In this document: positions 24,386-36,292 of the stretch, in pieces
Position numbering within the stretch: position 1 is the first letter of the stretch
How the letters are laid out: each line of letters begins with the position of its first letter
Source: Takakia lepidozioides
Taxonomy: Eukaryota > Plantae > Bryophyta
Length of the DNA: 64,000 nt
Reading direction: 5' to 3'
Assembly (NCBI GenBank): GCA_030704615.1
Contig: CM060733.1
Location: 62,248,001-62,312,000 of the forward strand
Notes under the pieces: model-generated
Database searches by the model: none
What the model was told of the DNA's origin: nothing
The model's input: the letters and a program-made list of their open reading frames with translations, nothing else
Position numbers and translations under genes: made by a program

Positions 24386-25537
24386 GTTCCTCCATGCGAG
24401 GAAGAATGGCGGCTCAAAGGACAGATGACCTTTCTCCAATAGGGAGAACTTACAGTACCTGCATTCAAAAAACACAGACAGAATCACATCCATTTTTCTA
24501 GGCTGGGTCCAAAAATGGCTAAGTCCCAGATATGACTGGGCCCGGAACTGGAAAAATGGCGCCAAATTTCCAGAATATGTGCCATCTGCCCCAGGGACTC
24601 AGCCATTTTCGGACCCTGTACTGGAAATATGGCGCCATTTTTCCAGTACAGGGTCCGAAAATGGCTAAGTCCCAGAAATGACTGGGCCCGGAACTAGAAA
24701 AATGGCGCCAAATTTCCAGAATATGTGCCATCCGCCCCAGGGACTTAGCCATTTTCGGACCCTGTACTGGAAAAATGGCGCCATTTTTCCAGTACAGGGT
24801 CCGAAAATGGCTAAGTCCCAAAACTGCCTGGGCCCGGAACTGGAAAAATGGTGCCGCATTTCCAGACTATGCCAGCCACCCCCGGGGCTTAGCTATCCGC
24901 CCCATGGCCGGAAACAGAAAATTCGGCGCCATTTTTCTAGGGGCTTCACAACTAATTTTCATGCGCCACATAAGGCAACTTACATCCTGGAAATGTAGGG
25001 ACTACAATGGCCACGGATCAAAGAAAGGCAACGCGTATGTACCTGTACAGAAGGCGCGTTGCCGCTTTGTCGCCGTTCAGCTGGTCGGCATTGCCGCATT
25101 GCCGCCCGTAGTACAAAGGCTTCAGTTTGCGACGCGGTCTGGATGTGGGGTTTCTCTCAAGAGAGCCACGCTCTTCTCCACGCGGCATAAGTCCGAGTAA
25201 AAGAAAAAATCTCCCGCAGAATGCGTGCGTACATGCCTCGAATGCAACTTCATCCACCCGTCACATCAGGTGTCAAAGGCGTATCCGGGAAGCAAGCGCG
25301 GTATCCGTGCGGAACATCCGGTTCAAAACAGACGGCGGAGGACATTTAATGCGCAACTGCGCCCTTAAATGTAGGTATGGAGGTCGCCCACAGGCGCCAC
25401 CTAGGACGCACCGTGGCCCTCCGTCCGCTCGAGACGTTCTCATCCAGAAGCAGCCGGATGGAAAACCGGCGCAAAATTTCCATCCTGTAGGCAAGTCAGA
25501 GCTCGGCCAGATGGAAAATCGGCGCCGAATTTCCGGT
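24386..25537. mobile_element. Internal/subterminal fragment of the MULE family
   Basis: GGCCCGGAACTGGAAAAATGGCGCC and ACTTAGCCATTTT repeats like those at 13090-14700. Palindrome GGAAAATCGGCGCCGAATTTCC at ~25513. Confidence 0.7.
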
Positions 25538-28500
25538 TAGTTAGTTAGGTGGTTAGAATAGCTTGCGGGTAGATTAGGAGAGCGGCAACGGGAAGGGGAT
25601 CACTTCTAGAGGAGGGCGACTTGTTGAAGGGAGGAAAAGACGTAACGGAGAGCGGGAAACAGTGACTCCAGTTTCTGAAACGAAAGACAAAGAAGGAGGA
25701 GAGGATGTGGCAGAACCAACGGAGAGTTCAGACTCTCCAACACCATTGCAATTGAGTTACATGAGTGAAGAAGAAGAAACCCAAAGGCAGAACTTGGAAG
25801 ATGAAAGCAACGAGAAGAAATTGGAAGAGGAAGAGTATGAAGAAGTAGACCCAACAGCTGAGGTTGAGACTACAACCAGGACATCCCAACCCGTTGGACC
25901 TGGATCAAGTGGAGCACTTGGACCACAGGCCAACGAAGGTGTCGGCTCAGGGGGATCAGGCAGGCAGCCTGGATCTGGCTCTGGGGGGACAGGGAGTGTG
26001 GGAAGTAGTACAATTGGAGCTGGGAATACTATGAATATAGTGGGGCCAGAAGCAGGGAGTGCTCAGGGGCCACCACTTGGTGGAAGTTCCACCACACCTA
26101 CAACATGTCCTCAAGGACCAGCACCAACAAGGGGGCCAACACTTGTCAGTGGGCAAGAGGTAGGGCCACAGATGGCGTTACAACCAACACGGGCAAAACC
26201 ACCTTTTCCAATATATTCAGGAAAAGGGGATCCTGACGTACACATTAGCCAATTTGAGCACATGTGTATTGTGAACAATGAGAATGGCGATGATGCCAAG
26301 ATGCGACTGTTTCCTTGTTCACTTATAAAGAAAGCAAGTGAATGGTATGCAAGATTCCTTGATAATTATTTCCTAACCTGGAATGGCTTGAATACACCAT
26401 TCCGAAATAGGTTCAGGACAAGTAAAACCGAGGATGAAGTGTATGGAAGTTTACAACAGTTAAAGCAAAAGAAGCATGAAACTGTTGAGGAGTATATGGA
26501 AAAGATGGAATTGATGATGAAAAAGCTGGCTGTTGTACCAGCACCAGGTTTACAGAAGACTTGGTTTGTGAGTGGACTAAGACTAGAGTTGCAAGAGAAT
26601 GTGGATATGTTACCCCATAATACAGTGGAGGAGGCATTTGAAACAGCAAACAGAATTGAGCAATTGGGAATGCTCAGGAGAGAGAAAAGGGATGATGAGG
26701 ACTCTGAGGATGAGTCAGATGAGGAAGAAGAGCAAGAGCTTAAAAGGAAGAGTAAGAGGAAGGAAAAATTGAAGAGGGATAACTATGAGAAAAGATTAGA
26801 AGAAATCTTGAAGAAGTATGCCACAGAGGCTGCAACACATTGGAGGAAGGGTGTTTGGTGTGCAAAATGCCAGAATGAAGGCCATACCACCACTGAATGC
26901 CACATGAAGGAGAAACACTGTACTATCTGTAAAATGGATAACCATTCTACTGAGAATTGTTACTACAACAGAAGGACAGCAGCAAGAGAACCTAGACAAG
27001 TAAGGGTGCATCAAGTGCAGCCCCAGCCAAGAAGAAACAGTGATCAGGACCAGTATGGTAGGCCTGGTGGTTATAACAATGGCATGGAAGGGAGAGGTAA
27101 TCCAAGAGGGAATTACCAAGGAAATTCCAGAGGCAACTATCAGGGTAATCCAAGGAGGAATTACCAGCCAGGGAATCAGGATTACAGAAACAATCCCAGA
27201 ACAGACCCAAGGGCGAGGACCTAATGGGGAAGAACTGTGTTACTATCGTAATCAGCCAGGACATTGCAAGGCAGCCTGTCCATTCTGGATCAGACACCAG
27301 AATGAGATGAGAGCTCCTGTGAATGAAGGCCCAGTGGTGGCAGCTCACATGGTTAGGCCATGTGTTGTACCAGAAGTAAGTACAATGATAGTAACCAGAA
27401 GCAAAGCCAAAATAATACCTCCAGTAGATGAGGAAGGTGATGATAATGAAGATGGCAGTGATGTGCCTGAAGATGATGAGGCTTGGAGAGATGAGAAGGA
27501 ACTGCACAAGGAAGTGGCAGATACCATAAGGGAAATGCAGAAGAGTACTGATATTCCTATGGCAGATTCCTCTGATTCTGAAAGAGAAGAGGAAGTGAGT
27601 GAGGATGAATGGAAGAAAGAAGCTGCAGAAATGCAGAGTAATGAAGGGACTTTGGCTGAAGTAATATGCCAGTCCAAAGCAAAGATTACCATTGGACAGC
27701 TATTGGCTGTGGCACCTTATTGTAGACACAGGCTGTATCAAGCAATCAATCAAATTGCCCATGTGACAGGGAACACAGACCTGAACAGCAAGGTGACCAG
27801 TTATAAAGTGAAACCGGAGGAGCGAGAAACAGTCATGGACTTTGATGATTCTATGCCAGTAATCCAATTGAGAATTGGAAGCACAGAACTAACTGATGTA
27901 CTGAGAGATGGAGGCTCTAGAGTGAATATCATGACAGACCAATAAAGGCAGAAGCTTGGTCTAAGTAACATGAAACCAGCCCCATTTACAATAACAATGG
28001 CAGATCAAAGAAGTGTACAGCCATTGGGATTGATAAGAGGAGTTAAGATACAGATTCAAAAGATGTTATTTAAGATCACAGTAACTGTGTTGAAAATGGA
28101 TGAAGTCATGGAAGCTTACTCCTTATTGCTGGGTCGACCGTGGCTGAAACAGGCCAGGGTATTCCATGACTGGAATTCTCAGTTACTAACTGTGCATGAT
28201 GGGATGCACAAGATACAAATCACCACTAATAAATCTAGTAGATTACCTGCTACGAGAAGACCTCGAGGGGTCAGGGAGTATGACTGGAGGGGATGACTTG
28301 ATGAGGAGCAGGAAGCTACCCTGTTCGCTGCACACCCAGGGTGGGAGCAGGTTGCAGAGATGCAACTAGAAGGCCTAAGTTATTTAAAAGGTATCTGCTA
28401 TGGTGTAGTGACAGCAACACCAATTGAGGGTGAAACAAGCAGTTACCCACCACATTTCTATGAAGAAAGAGAGGGAGAAATGGAAATCCTAGAAGAACCA

Positions 28501-29342
28501 GCCATTGTGAGTTTACAAGATGAAGTGGTGACTGGTTGGACGATCACAGCTGATGAGCAGGTGAGAGAAGTGAATGTGGGAACTGAAGGGGAACCGAGGA
28601 TGGTGAAGGTAGGGGTTGATTTGGAGCCAGAATTCTTTGAGGAAGCTAAGAGTCTGTTCAGGAGCTACGAGGATCTAAAAGGGATACCACCTGAGATTTG
28701 TCAGCATAAGATTGAACTGGAACCAGGGTCAGTACCAATCAAACAGGCAAGGTACAGAATGAATCCCAACTATGCATAGAAGGTTGGAGAAGAGATCAAG
28801 AAGTTGGTTGAGGCTAAGTTTATATACCCGATAGAGTATACAACTTGGTTGTCACCCATTGTGATAGTTCCCAAGAAGAATGGTAAACTGAGAGTTTGTG
28901 TGAACTATAAGAAGTTGAATGCTTGTACGAAGAAAGATCCTTTCCCTTTGCCATTCATAGAAGCGGTATTGGACACTGTGGCAGGCCATGAGATGTACTC
29001 ATTCATGGATGGCTTCAGTGGTTATAATCAAGTGCAAGTGGCAGAAGAAGACCAGGGAAAGACAGCTTTCATCACAGACTGGGGTGCTTATGCATACAAA
29101 GTCATGCCTTTTGGACTTTGTAATGCACCAGCAACCTTTCAAAGAGTGATAAGTGAATCTTTTCATGAGTATCTGGATGTTTTCATGCAGGTGTTCTTGG
29201 ATGATTTCAATGTGTACAGCTCTAAGAATGAGCACTTGCATAAATTGGAGTTATGTTTGGCCAGAGAGGTCTTGGCCAAAATCCAGAGAAGTGTACTTTC
29301 TGTGTGAACTCAGGGGTGCTTTTGGGACACATTGTGTGTAAG
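25538..29342 (+). mobile_element. Ty3/Gypsy fragment G3: LTR piece fused to gag, protease, RT; cut by MULE copy B
   Basis: 25538-25665 matches LTR 23845-23975. ORFs 25662-27224, 27040-27945, 27970-28296, 28360-28779 and 28804-29307 carry gag, DGGS and RT motifs. Confidence 0.95.
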
Positions 29343-30182
29343 GAGGTTTACTATTTCATGAGCAGAAACCATGAGCCATGAGCCATGAGCCGCATGAGCC
29401 GCATGAGCGGTGAGCCGAAGTCTAAGATACACGGATTTCATGAGCGGACTCCTCCAAATTTGGAAATGCGGCAGATTAAACAAGTATTAAAATAATAGTT
29501 TTTTATTTGACCTTGCCGTTTTTGGACGTTCCAGATCATGTAATGCGGCGAAGATATGTCGTCAGTAACAAGTCCGCTCATGGTTTTTTAGATCCGCTCA
29601 TGGAAATAAGTGACCGTGCAACGGGAAATCCAGTATACCACTGCAAAAGGACGTCGCATACTGGCCTGTATAGAGTATTCCGCGGTTTTACATGCCTTAA
29701 CATTGGAATGAAGCTGACCCTTTTGCCGCGATTGAACCAATGGAGTCTGCACCAATACAGTCTGCAGTACTTCACAATTCTGTCTTCTTCGGGTATTCGG
29801 CGGGAAAGGTTTGCAACTGAACTGGGAAATAGGGTGCCGCATTAGGGTTCGCACGTGCGAAATTTCGGAGCGGGTTGGTGTTGGCGAAGGCCGCCTCTGG
29901 GGGTACCTACGACGATACTTGGAAATTCGGCGCCGCATTTCCTTGTCGGAGGTCGAATGAGGAAAGCAAGTTTTCGGAAAGCAGAAAAACATGAACCCTC
30001 CAACATACAAAAATACAACAAGTGAACGATATAGTAATATCTTAGTTCGAGCAAAACAGGTTACTGGTAGGCAAGACATATGTCGGACCTTTCTGTGGCC
30101 AGAGTCTGAGGTACTGGCAGCAGTACAGTTCTACTATCCGAAAAGGATGGGCGTACCATTGTATGTGGACCGCAAGCCAAGC

Positions 30183-33100
30183 TCACTGGTCCCCTGGATC
30201 CATATTCAGAAGAGTGTGAACCTCCTGGGGGCTCAACCCTGGTGCATGTATGAAGTGATGAGTTGTGGAATTACAACGGAGTCTCTTTAGGTACACGTAG
30301 TACAAATGCTTGCAAGGGCAGTATGATGCCCCCTTGTTCGCCATGATCTGGAAGTCGGTGCAATTGCAGGTGGGTAATTCTGAAATGGTGATGGTGTACA
30401 CCTCATTGCGAACAGCTGAGCCCGCCGTGGCCATTTGATACACACGCCCGAATCCTGGTGGGGGCACTTCTGTCGAGCTCTGGATTGTACAGTTCATCCG
30501 AAGTGCATTCCCCATCCTTGTCTCGTTCACTTTTGAGGGAGGTCGCCGCCTCTTCGGTTTCCCCCAACGGTGTGTAGGATGCTTAGAACTGTCGTGTCCC
30601 ATTGTTCTTGCTCTCACAGGGGTCGGTGGTGGAGGCTGTGGAAGCGGAAATGGTTGTCTGGGGACGTCAGTGCGCTGCACCATCCGAAATCCTGCGGCGG
30701 TAAGGGCGTCGGCCTCAACCTGACTCAGATCGCAGCCTGGTTCCACCGGCCACACCGGGGGAGCCTCTGGCATTGTTTGTATGCCGTACTTGGGCTTTCC
30801 ATACACGCAAGTCATAATGTCGTGCCTGCAGAACCAGAACTGGGTGGTTGTCGCCTCCGCAAACTTTGCATGGACAAATCTTCCTGTAAAAGTAGGAGCA
30901 GGGACAGCCCCATCTGGATTCCTCCTTATCATCTCTAAACAACGTTGCCGTGTATCCACACGAATTGCGGAACACCTTCCTCGAAACGACGGCTTTGTGC
31001 GAGCAATTCTCCACTGTGAGGCAGACACAGTCGTCTCCACAATGGCTTGGCCATACTGCATAACAGCGGGCGGAATGTGGGGCAAGGGAGCGGTGGGAAT
31101 TTGTTGCACGAAATCCCCGGTTGAAGGCGACGGCGATCTGGAATTTCTTGGGCTTCCACTGCTGGAAGACACATTGTGCGGCAACATGACGGGACCTCGA
31201 GGTGCTGTCCGAATGTTCCTGTCGGATCTCCAGGAATCCTCTTCGCACCCGGGTTCCTCTTCAATCCTCCGCCTGACAGGGCGAGTCCGGACGTCCCCCT
31301 CTAGGTGTTCACCTCTGCGGTGCAGAGGCGTCCCTTTGATCTTGTCTCGCAATGCTGTCGCCCATTTCACTGGATTCTTGGACCTCGAAGCTGTTCGTAC
31401 CAACAATTCCTCCCTGTCCGGCCCAAAGCCCCATTGTTTGCCGCTCAGGAACTTGTAGTACGTGGCTTGCTGCATGATTGCTCTGTCGATGTCCTCCGTT
31501 GTGGCCGTCACTACGTCCACCAGATGTGCGGCAGAAGACGCTCGCCAGGAGGAGTGGACCGATTCTGCCATATTCGTGTTCGGCATGTCCGTGTCGGAAT
31601 CCAAGCACCGCTCCTAGAAGGACACAAACAATGGTGAGGGACCAATCGAAATGTCCGTAACAGAAAGACAAATGAACGAAATTGACAGCAGCCTACCTCC
31701 CGCATGTACTGTCCGAACTGTCGATACCGAAAATGCCACCACCCCAACCAGCTGTGCAATGCTCCCAGATTGGTTGTCTCCACTGCACCTGACGTGTTCC
31801 ACCAAGCCTCGATGATAGCAAACTTAACCTCCGCATCATCAAATGTGGGTGCATCCTTCCACGCCGTACAAAGGACACGGTGTTCAGCCTGGAATGAGCT
31901 AGCAACAAATTTGGTAGTGTAGTGGGATAGACTCTGCATCCAATGGAATCCACAGGATCTCTCTTTCCCCTCCATTGGAACATTGGGGTCCTCACCGTAC
32001 ACACGCCGCACCGCTGCCCAGTTGGCCTGAGCGTTGTCTGCCATGAATCCCCTGAAATTGGGGTCTGGCAATCCCGCCCTTGCCATCTGCTCGTTTATGC
32101 CCTCCCACAGATGCATCTCAGACTGTGTGTCCTCCCCTTTCATCTCGCAGATTGCAATCGTCATGAGCCTCTTGGAGTGATAGTCATAAACATGCGCACC
32201 CATAGTCACCCACTGATGGTTTGTAATTTGCTTGATGTGATCAAACATCACCCAAGCATTCGACAAGTTTCCAGTTGTCATGCGAGTGACCAAGTCGACT
32301 CCACTCCCAGGCCCACACGTCGACATTTTGAAAATGTAACAACGATCGGATTCGCTGCCTTGCCCTGGAAACCTGCTACCTTGGATGTAGTCATATCCAG
32401 TCATTCGTTTCACCTCCAGGATTGAGTACATGTCCGACCCCCTGCCGAACTCCTGCTTGCAAGATACGATGTGATTCCGCACATTCGGACTACAAACGTG
32501 CGAGACGGACTCCAAGAGGTCACGCATCTCGTCTTCGGTCAAGGGCTCTCGGTCGGAACCATCTTCAGACATGATTTTGCCAAGAGCAATCTTGTGGGCT
32601 GCCTTCAGCTGAATCTGCTTTGGTCTGGCTCCGGGGCTCAATTTCACCTCCTCTTTTATGATGTCGTGTGCTTCCTGCACAGCCTCACGCATGTTGCCTC
32701 TCGCCAAGGGGTGGCAGTGGACCCCAACGTGTATGCAAGCTCTAGTCAAGTCCGGGAGCAAATGGATTACGTAATATTGCTTGGCTCTGCACATGGACAT
32801 GCACGTCGGTGGTTCTTTGCAATGTGCACACTTGAAAGAACCCGCAGGAGCTTGGCTGGAGACAATGAATGGATGATGCGTTGTGCCAGTCCAATCCGTC
32901 TCGTTTCTCCGCCCTCCTTTGGAGAGAAAGTGGAAGCAGGTGGGATTGAGGCACCTCAGCTTCCCCGCACAGAGGACATATCGTACACGAACACCATCAG
33001 CAATTTTCGTGCTACTCACCAGGGGTGTCCGTCATGCTTTCGATCCATGTCTGTTAACATCCCGGAGGCTTTGTTTGACGAAGAAACAGGTGGAAACTCG

Positions 33101-33693
33101 AAGATGACATTGCCATCGACTTCGGGAGGCAGAAAAGTTACCTTTCTGATTGGGAATTTGGCATAGTCGAGAGCAGCCAGCTCGGAGCGAGAACCATCGA
33201 GGTGATGTTGTCGTAGGAGCTGCACAATGGACCGGGTTGGAGTTATGCTCGAGGGCACATGCGTAGCACCTACAGAGACGTCCATGCCGGATTTGAACGA
33301 CCGTGTGGAGGACATGGGTACCTCAATGCAATCATCTTCCTCGTCGGAAATGTCGAATACGTCCACACGAGAAGCTATGGAGGGTCTTGACGGTCCAGGT
33401 CGGGAATGATTATCGTTGCATACCTCTCTGTTGGCAGTGGCCGCCTCTCGGTTTCCGGACTCCTTTGTGGATGGTGTGGGCAGCGACTGATTCGGAAAGG
33501 GAATGGGCATTCCCACAGCTCGGTACAGGATGGTGTCTGACGGGGGAACGTGCCATTCGATTCCGCAACCTCCGTCGTTACCTAGCACGACAATGGTCTC
33601 GTCAACCTGTCCAGGAACATCCTTCCTTTCTTCTTCCAAATAAACTGTGCCCGGTTTGAGCTTGAATTTGGAACAAAGGTAAGTTTCAGTCAC
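30183..33693 (-). pseudogene. MULE transposase, copy B: GCM/WRKY-like Zn finger, DDE (MFDH, FMADN, CGFH, TNMAES), C-terminal SWIM finger; one intron, one frameshift
   Basis: Phase-0 GT..AG intron 31696-31614 joins ORF 31511-33019 to ORF 30183-31604. SWIM motif: CNCTDF..CPCKHLYYV. A ~13-bp deletion at ~33017 relative to copy A shifts the frame. Confidence 0.9.
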
Positions 33694-34189
33694 TCTGCAA
33701 AGTCCTCCCTAGTTTGGGATCCAGGCTCTCCCAAGTTGCGGAGGACAGCAAACTATAGCGTAGGAATTCGGAGCCATCGAACACCGCACGGAGTTGGCAA
33801 GTGCGAGGTTCAGTATAGCGACAGACCAAGGCTCACAGGCACCATCTAAGTGGATCTGCGGAGTCCATCGACGATTGGAAGTCGCACATTGAAGTGGAAA
33901 GTATTGTTTCAAGCTACATGCATGAAGGTGGGAGGTTTGATTCCATAGCCAGTGAGTAGGACAATGATGGCCGATTCGGCGACGAAATAACATCTCCTGA
34001 CAGTTTCTCCTGAGGGTGGATCCAGCAGTATTCTCGGTGCAGACAGGAACGTTCGCACTGACAAGTGCCAGGACTGCTGGTTAAAACGGTCAAACAACCA
34101 AGTTGTGCTCATCAAGACTGGCCGCAATTGTGTTGTTTCGGAACAATGCAACCCATTGAGGTTCCAGATTTCCCGTCCCGAGTGATTCT

Positions 34190-35900
34190 TTCGATTGCTG
34201 GTGGACGGAAATACGGCGCCGCATTTCCGTATTGCATCTTGGTCATGCACCAGAGCGACGGAAATGCGGCACCGAGTTTCCGTCCGGGGGAAACCTTTAT
34301 ACTCTCCAGAACGGAAATGCGGTAACGCATTTCCATCCAGCAAGCACGGTATGTGAAGGTCGAACGGAAATGCGGTACCGCATTTCCGTTCTGATTGAGA
34401 TTTATGAACAACGGGAACAGAAATGCGGCACCGCATTTCCGTCCGAGTCGCACTTTTCCGACATTTCAGAACGGAAATGCGGCGCCGCATTTCCATTTGT
34501 ATCTGATGCATGGAGCTGAGGGATAGAAATGCTGCAGCACATTTCCGTCCTTAAAAGACATTCATACTCTCCATAACGGAAATGCGGTACCGCATTTCCG
34601 TTCTGATTGAGAATTATGAACAACGGGAACATAAATGCGGCACCGCATTTCTGTCCGAGTCGCACTTTCCGACATTCCAGAACGGAAATGCGGCGCCGCA
34701 TGTCCATTTTGTATCTGATGCATGGAGCCGAGTGCGATTCCGACAGCTTCATACAGCGCAATTCCGACCGCTTGAGACATTCATACTATCCAGAACGGAA
34801 ATGCGGTACCGCATTTCGTTCTGACTGAAAATCGTGAACCATCTGAACTGAAATGCGGCAGCGTATTTCCATCCGAGTCGCACCTACCAACATTCCAGAA
34901 CGGAAATGCGGTACCGCATTTCCGTTCTGACTGAAAATCGTGAACCATCGGAACTGAAATGCGGCAGCGCATTTCCATCCGAGTCGCACCTCCCAACATT
35001 CCAGAACGGAATGTATTAGATTCAAAAGGGAAATGCGGCACCGCATTTCCGTTCTGATGAAATATCCTGAAACATCGGAACTGAAATGCGGTACCGCATT
35101 TCCGTCGGAGTCGCACCTTCCGACATTCCAAAACGGAAATGCGGCGCCGCATTTCCGTTTTGTATGTGAGGCATGGAGCTGTGGAACGAAAATGCGGCAC
35201 AGCATTTCCGCCAGCGTCAGACGTTAATACTCTACAGAACGGAAATGCGGTACCGCATTTCCGTTCTGACTGAAAATCGTGCGCAACGGGAACAGAAATG
35301 CGGCACCGCATTTCCGTCCGAGTCGCACCTTCCGACATTCTAGAACGGAAATGCGGCGCCGCATTTCCGTTTTGTATATGGGGCCTGGAGCTGTGCTACG
35401 GAAATGTGTTGCCGCATTTCCATCCATGTGAGACCTTCAAACTTTCCAGACCGGAAATGCGGCACCGCATTTCTGTCCAGGTGAGACCTCTATACTTTCC
35501 CGAACGGAAATGTGGCACGGCATTTCCATTCATCAACTAACGTATGTGAAGGTGGAACGGAAATGCGGTATCGCATTTCCGTTCACATTGAAAATCATGA
35601 AGCACGGGAACTGAAATGTTGTGCCTCATTCCCGTCCGAATCGCACCTTTCGACATTCCAGAACGGAAATGCGGCGCCGCATTTCCCTTTTGAATCTCAT
35701 ACATGGAGCTGTGGGACGGAAATGCGGCACCGTATTTCCGTTCAACAACTAAGGTATGTGAAGGTGGAACGGAAATGCGGTGCCGCATTTTCTTCCAACA
35801 AGTACGGATGTGTAGCTTCGTGATGGTACTTAACGGAAATGCGGCGCCGCATTCGCATTTTCGCTCCAACTCATCAGACGCTGGGACGGAAATGCCTTGA
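34190..35900. repeat. Array of ~25-30 palindromes (ACGGAAATGCGGCGCCGCATTTCCGT variants) between the divergent genes
   Basis: 35129-35162 is a perfect 34-bp palindrome. Units are ~50-60 bp with higher-order repeats. Confidence 0.95.
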
Positions 35901-36292
35901 AATGTGAACACGTGGAGCAACGGAATTGCTGCACATGTCGGCACTCTATCTGACTGAAGGGGCATGAGGCGGCGCGGCCTGACCGTTGGATAATGATGTT
36001 TGTTTTTCGGACGGCAGGCGTACCCTGAACGATTCGAATTTCGTAATGACGCAAACTCCACGAGGAGACACTTTCGTCCAACCCTTTCGAACCCAAGTGG
36101 TGCATCACCGCCGTTTCATCTACTTTTGTCGTGTCTCCTCAGTCACCCCTCTCGCGCCCTTTCCATCTGCACTCTTTGCCCCTTTTCCCTCTCTCTGTTC
36201 TTCTTATGCTCGAACCTGAGAGGGGGGGAGTTCGTGCACCAGACAGGAGACCTCGTCGCAAGCTCCGGAAATTATACTTCGGACGTAGGCCA

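Noticed and set aside
30183-33693. Zisupton/KDZ classification (SWIM domain, 8-bp TSD)
   Set aside because: The core shows MULE hallmarks (D..D-x-A-x-x-A..CxFH..TNxxES) and no KDZ CxC signature was recognised.
34190-35900. CRISPR array (regularly spaced palindromic repeats; also 11850-13000 and 48620-50220)
   Set aside because: Spacers are themselves repeated or related, repeat lengths vary, there are no cas genes, and the context is a eukaryotic transposon.
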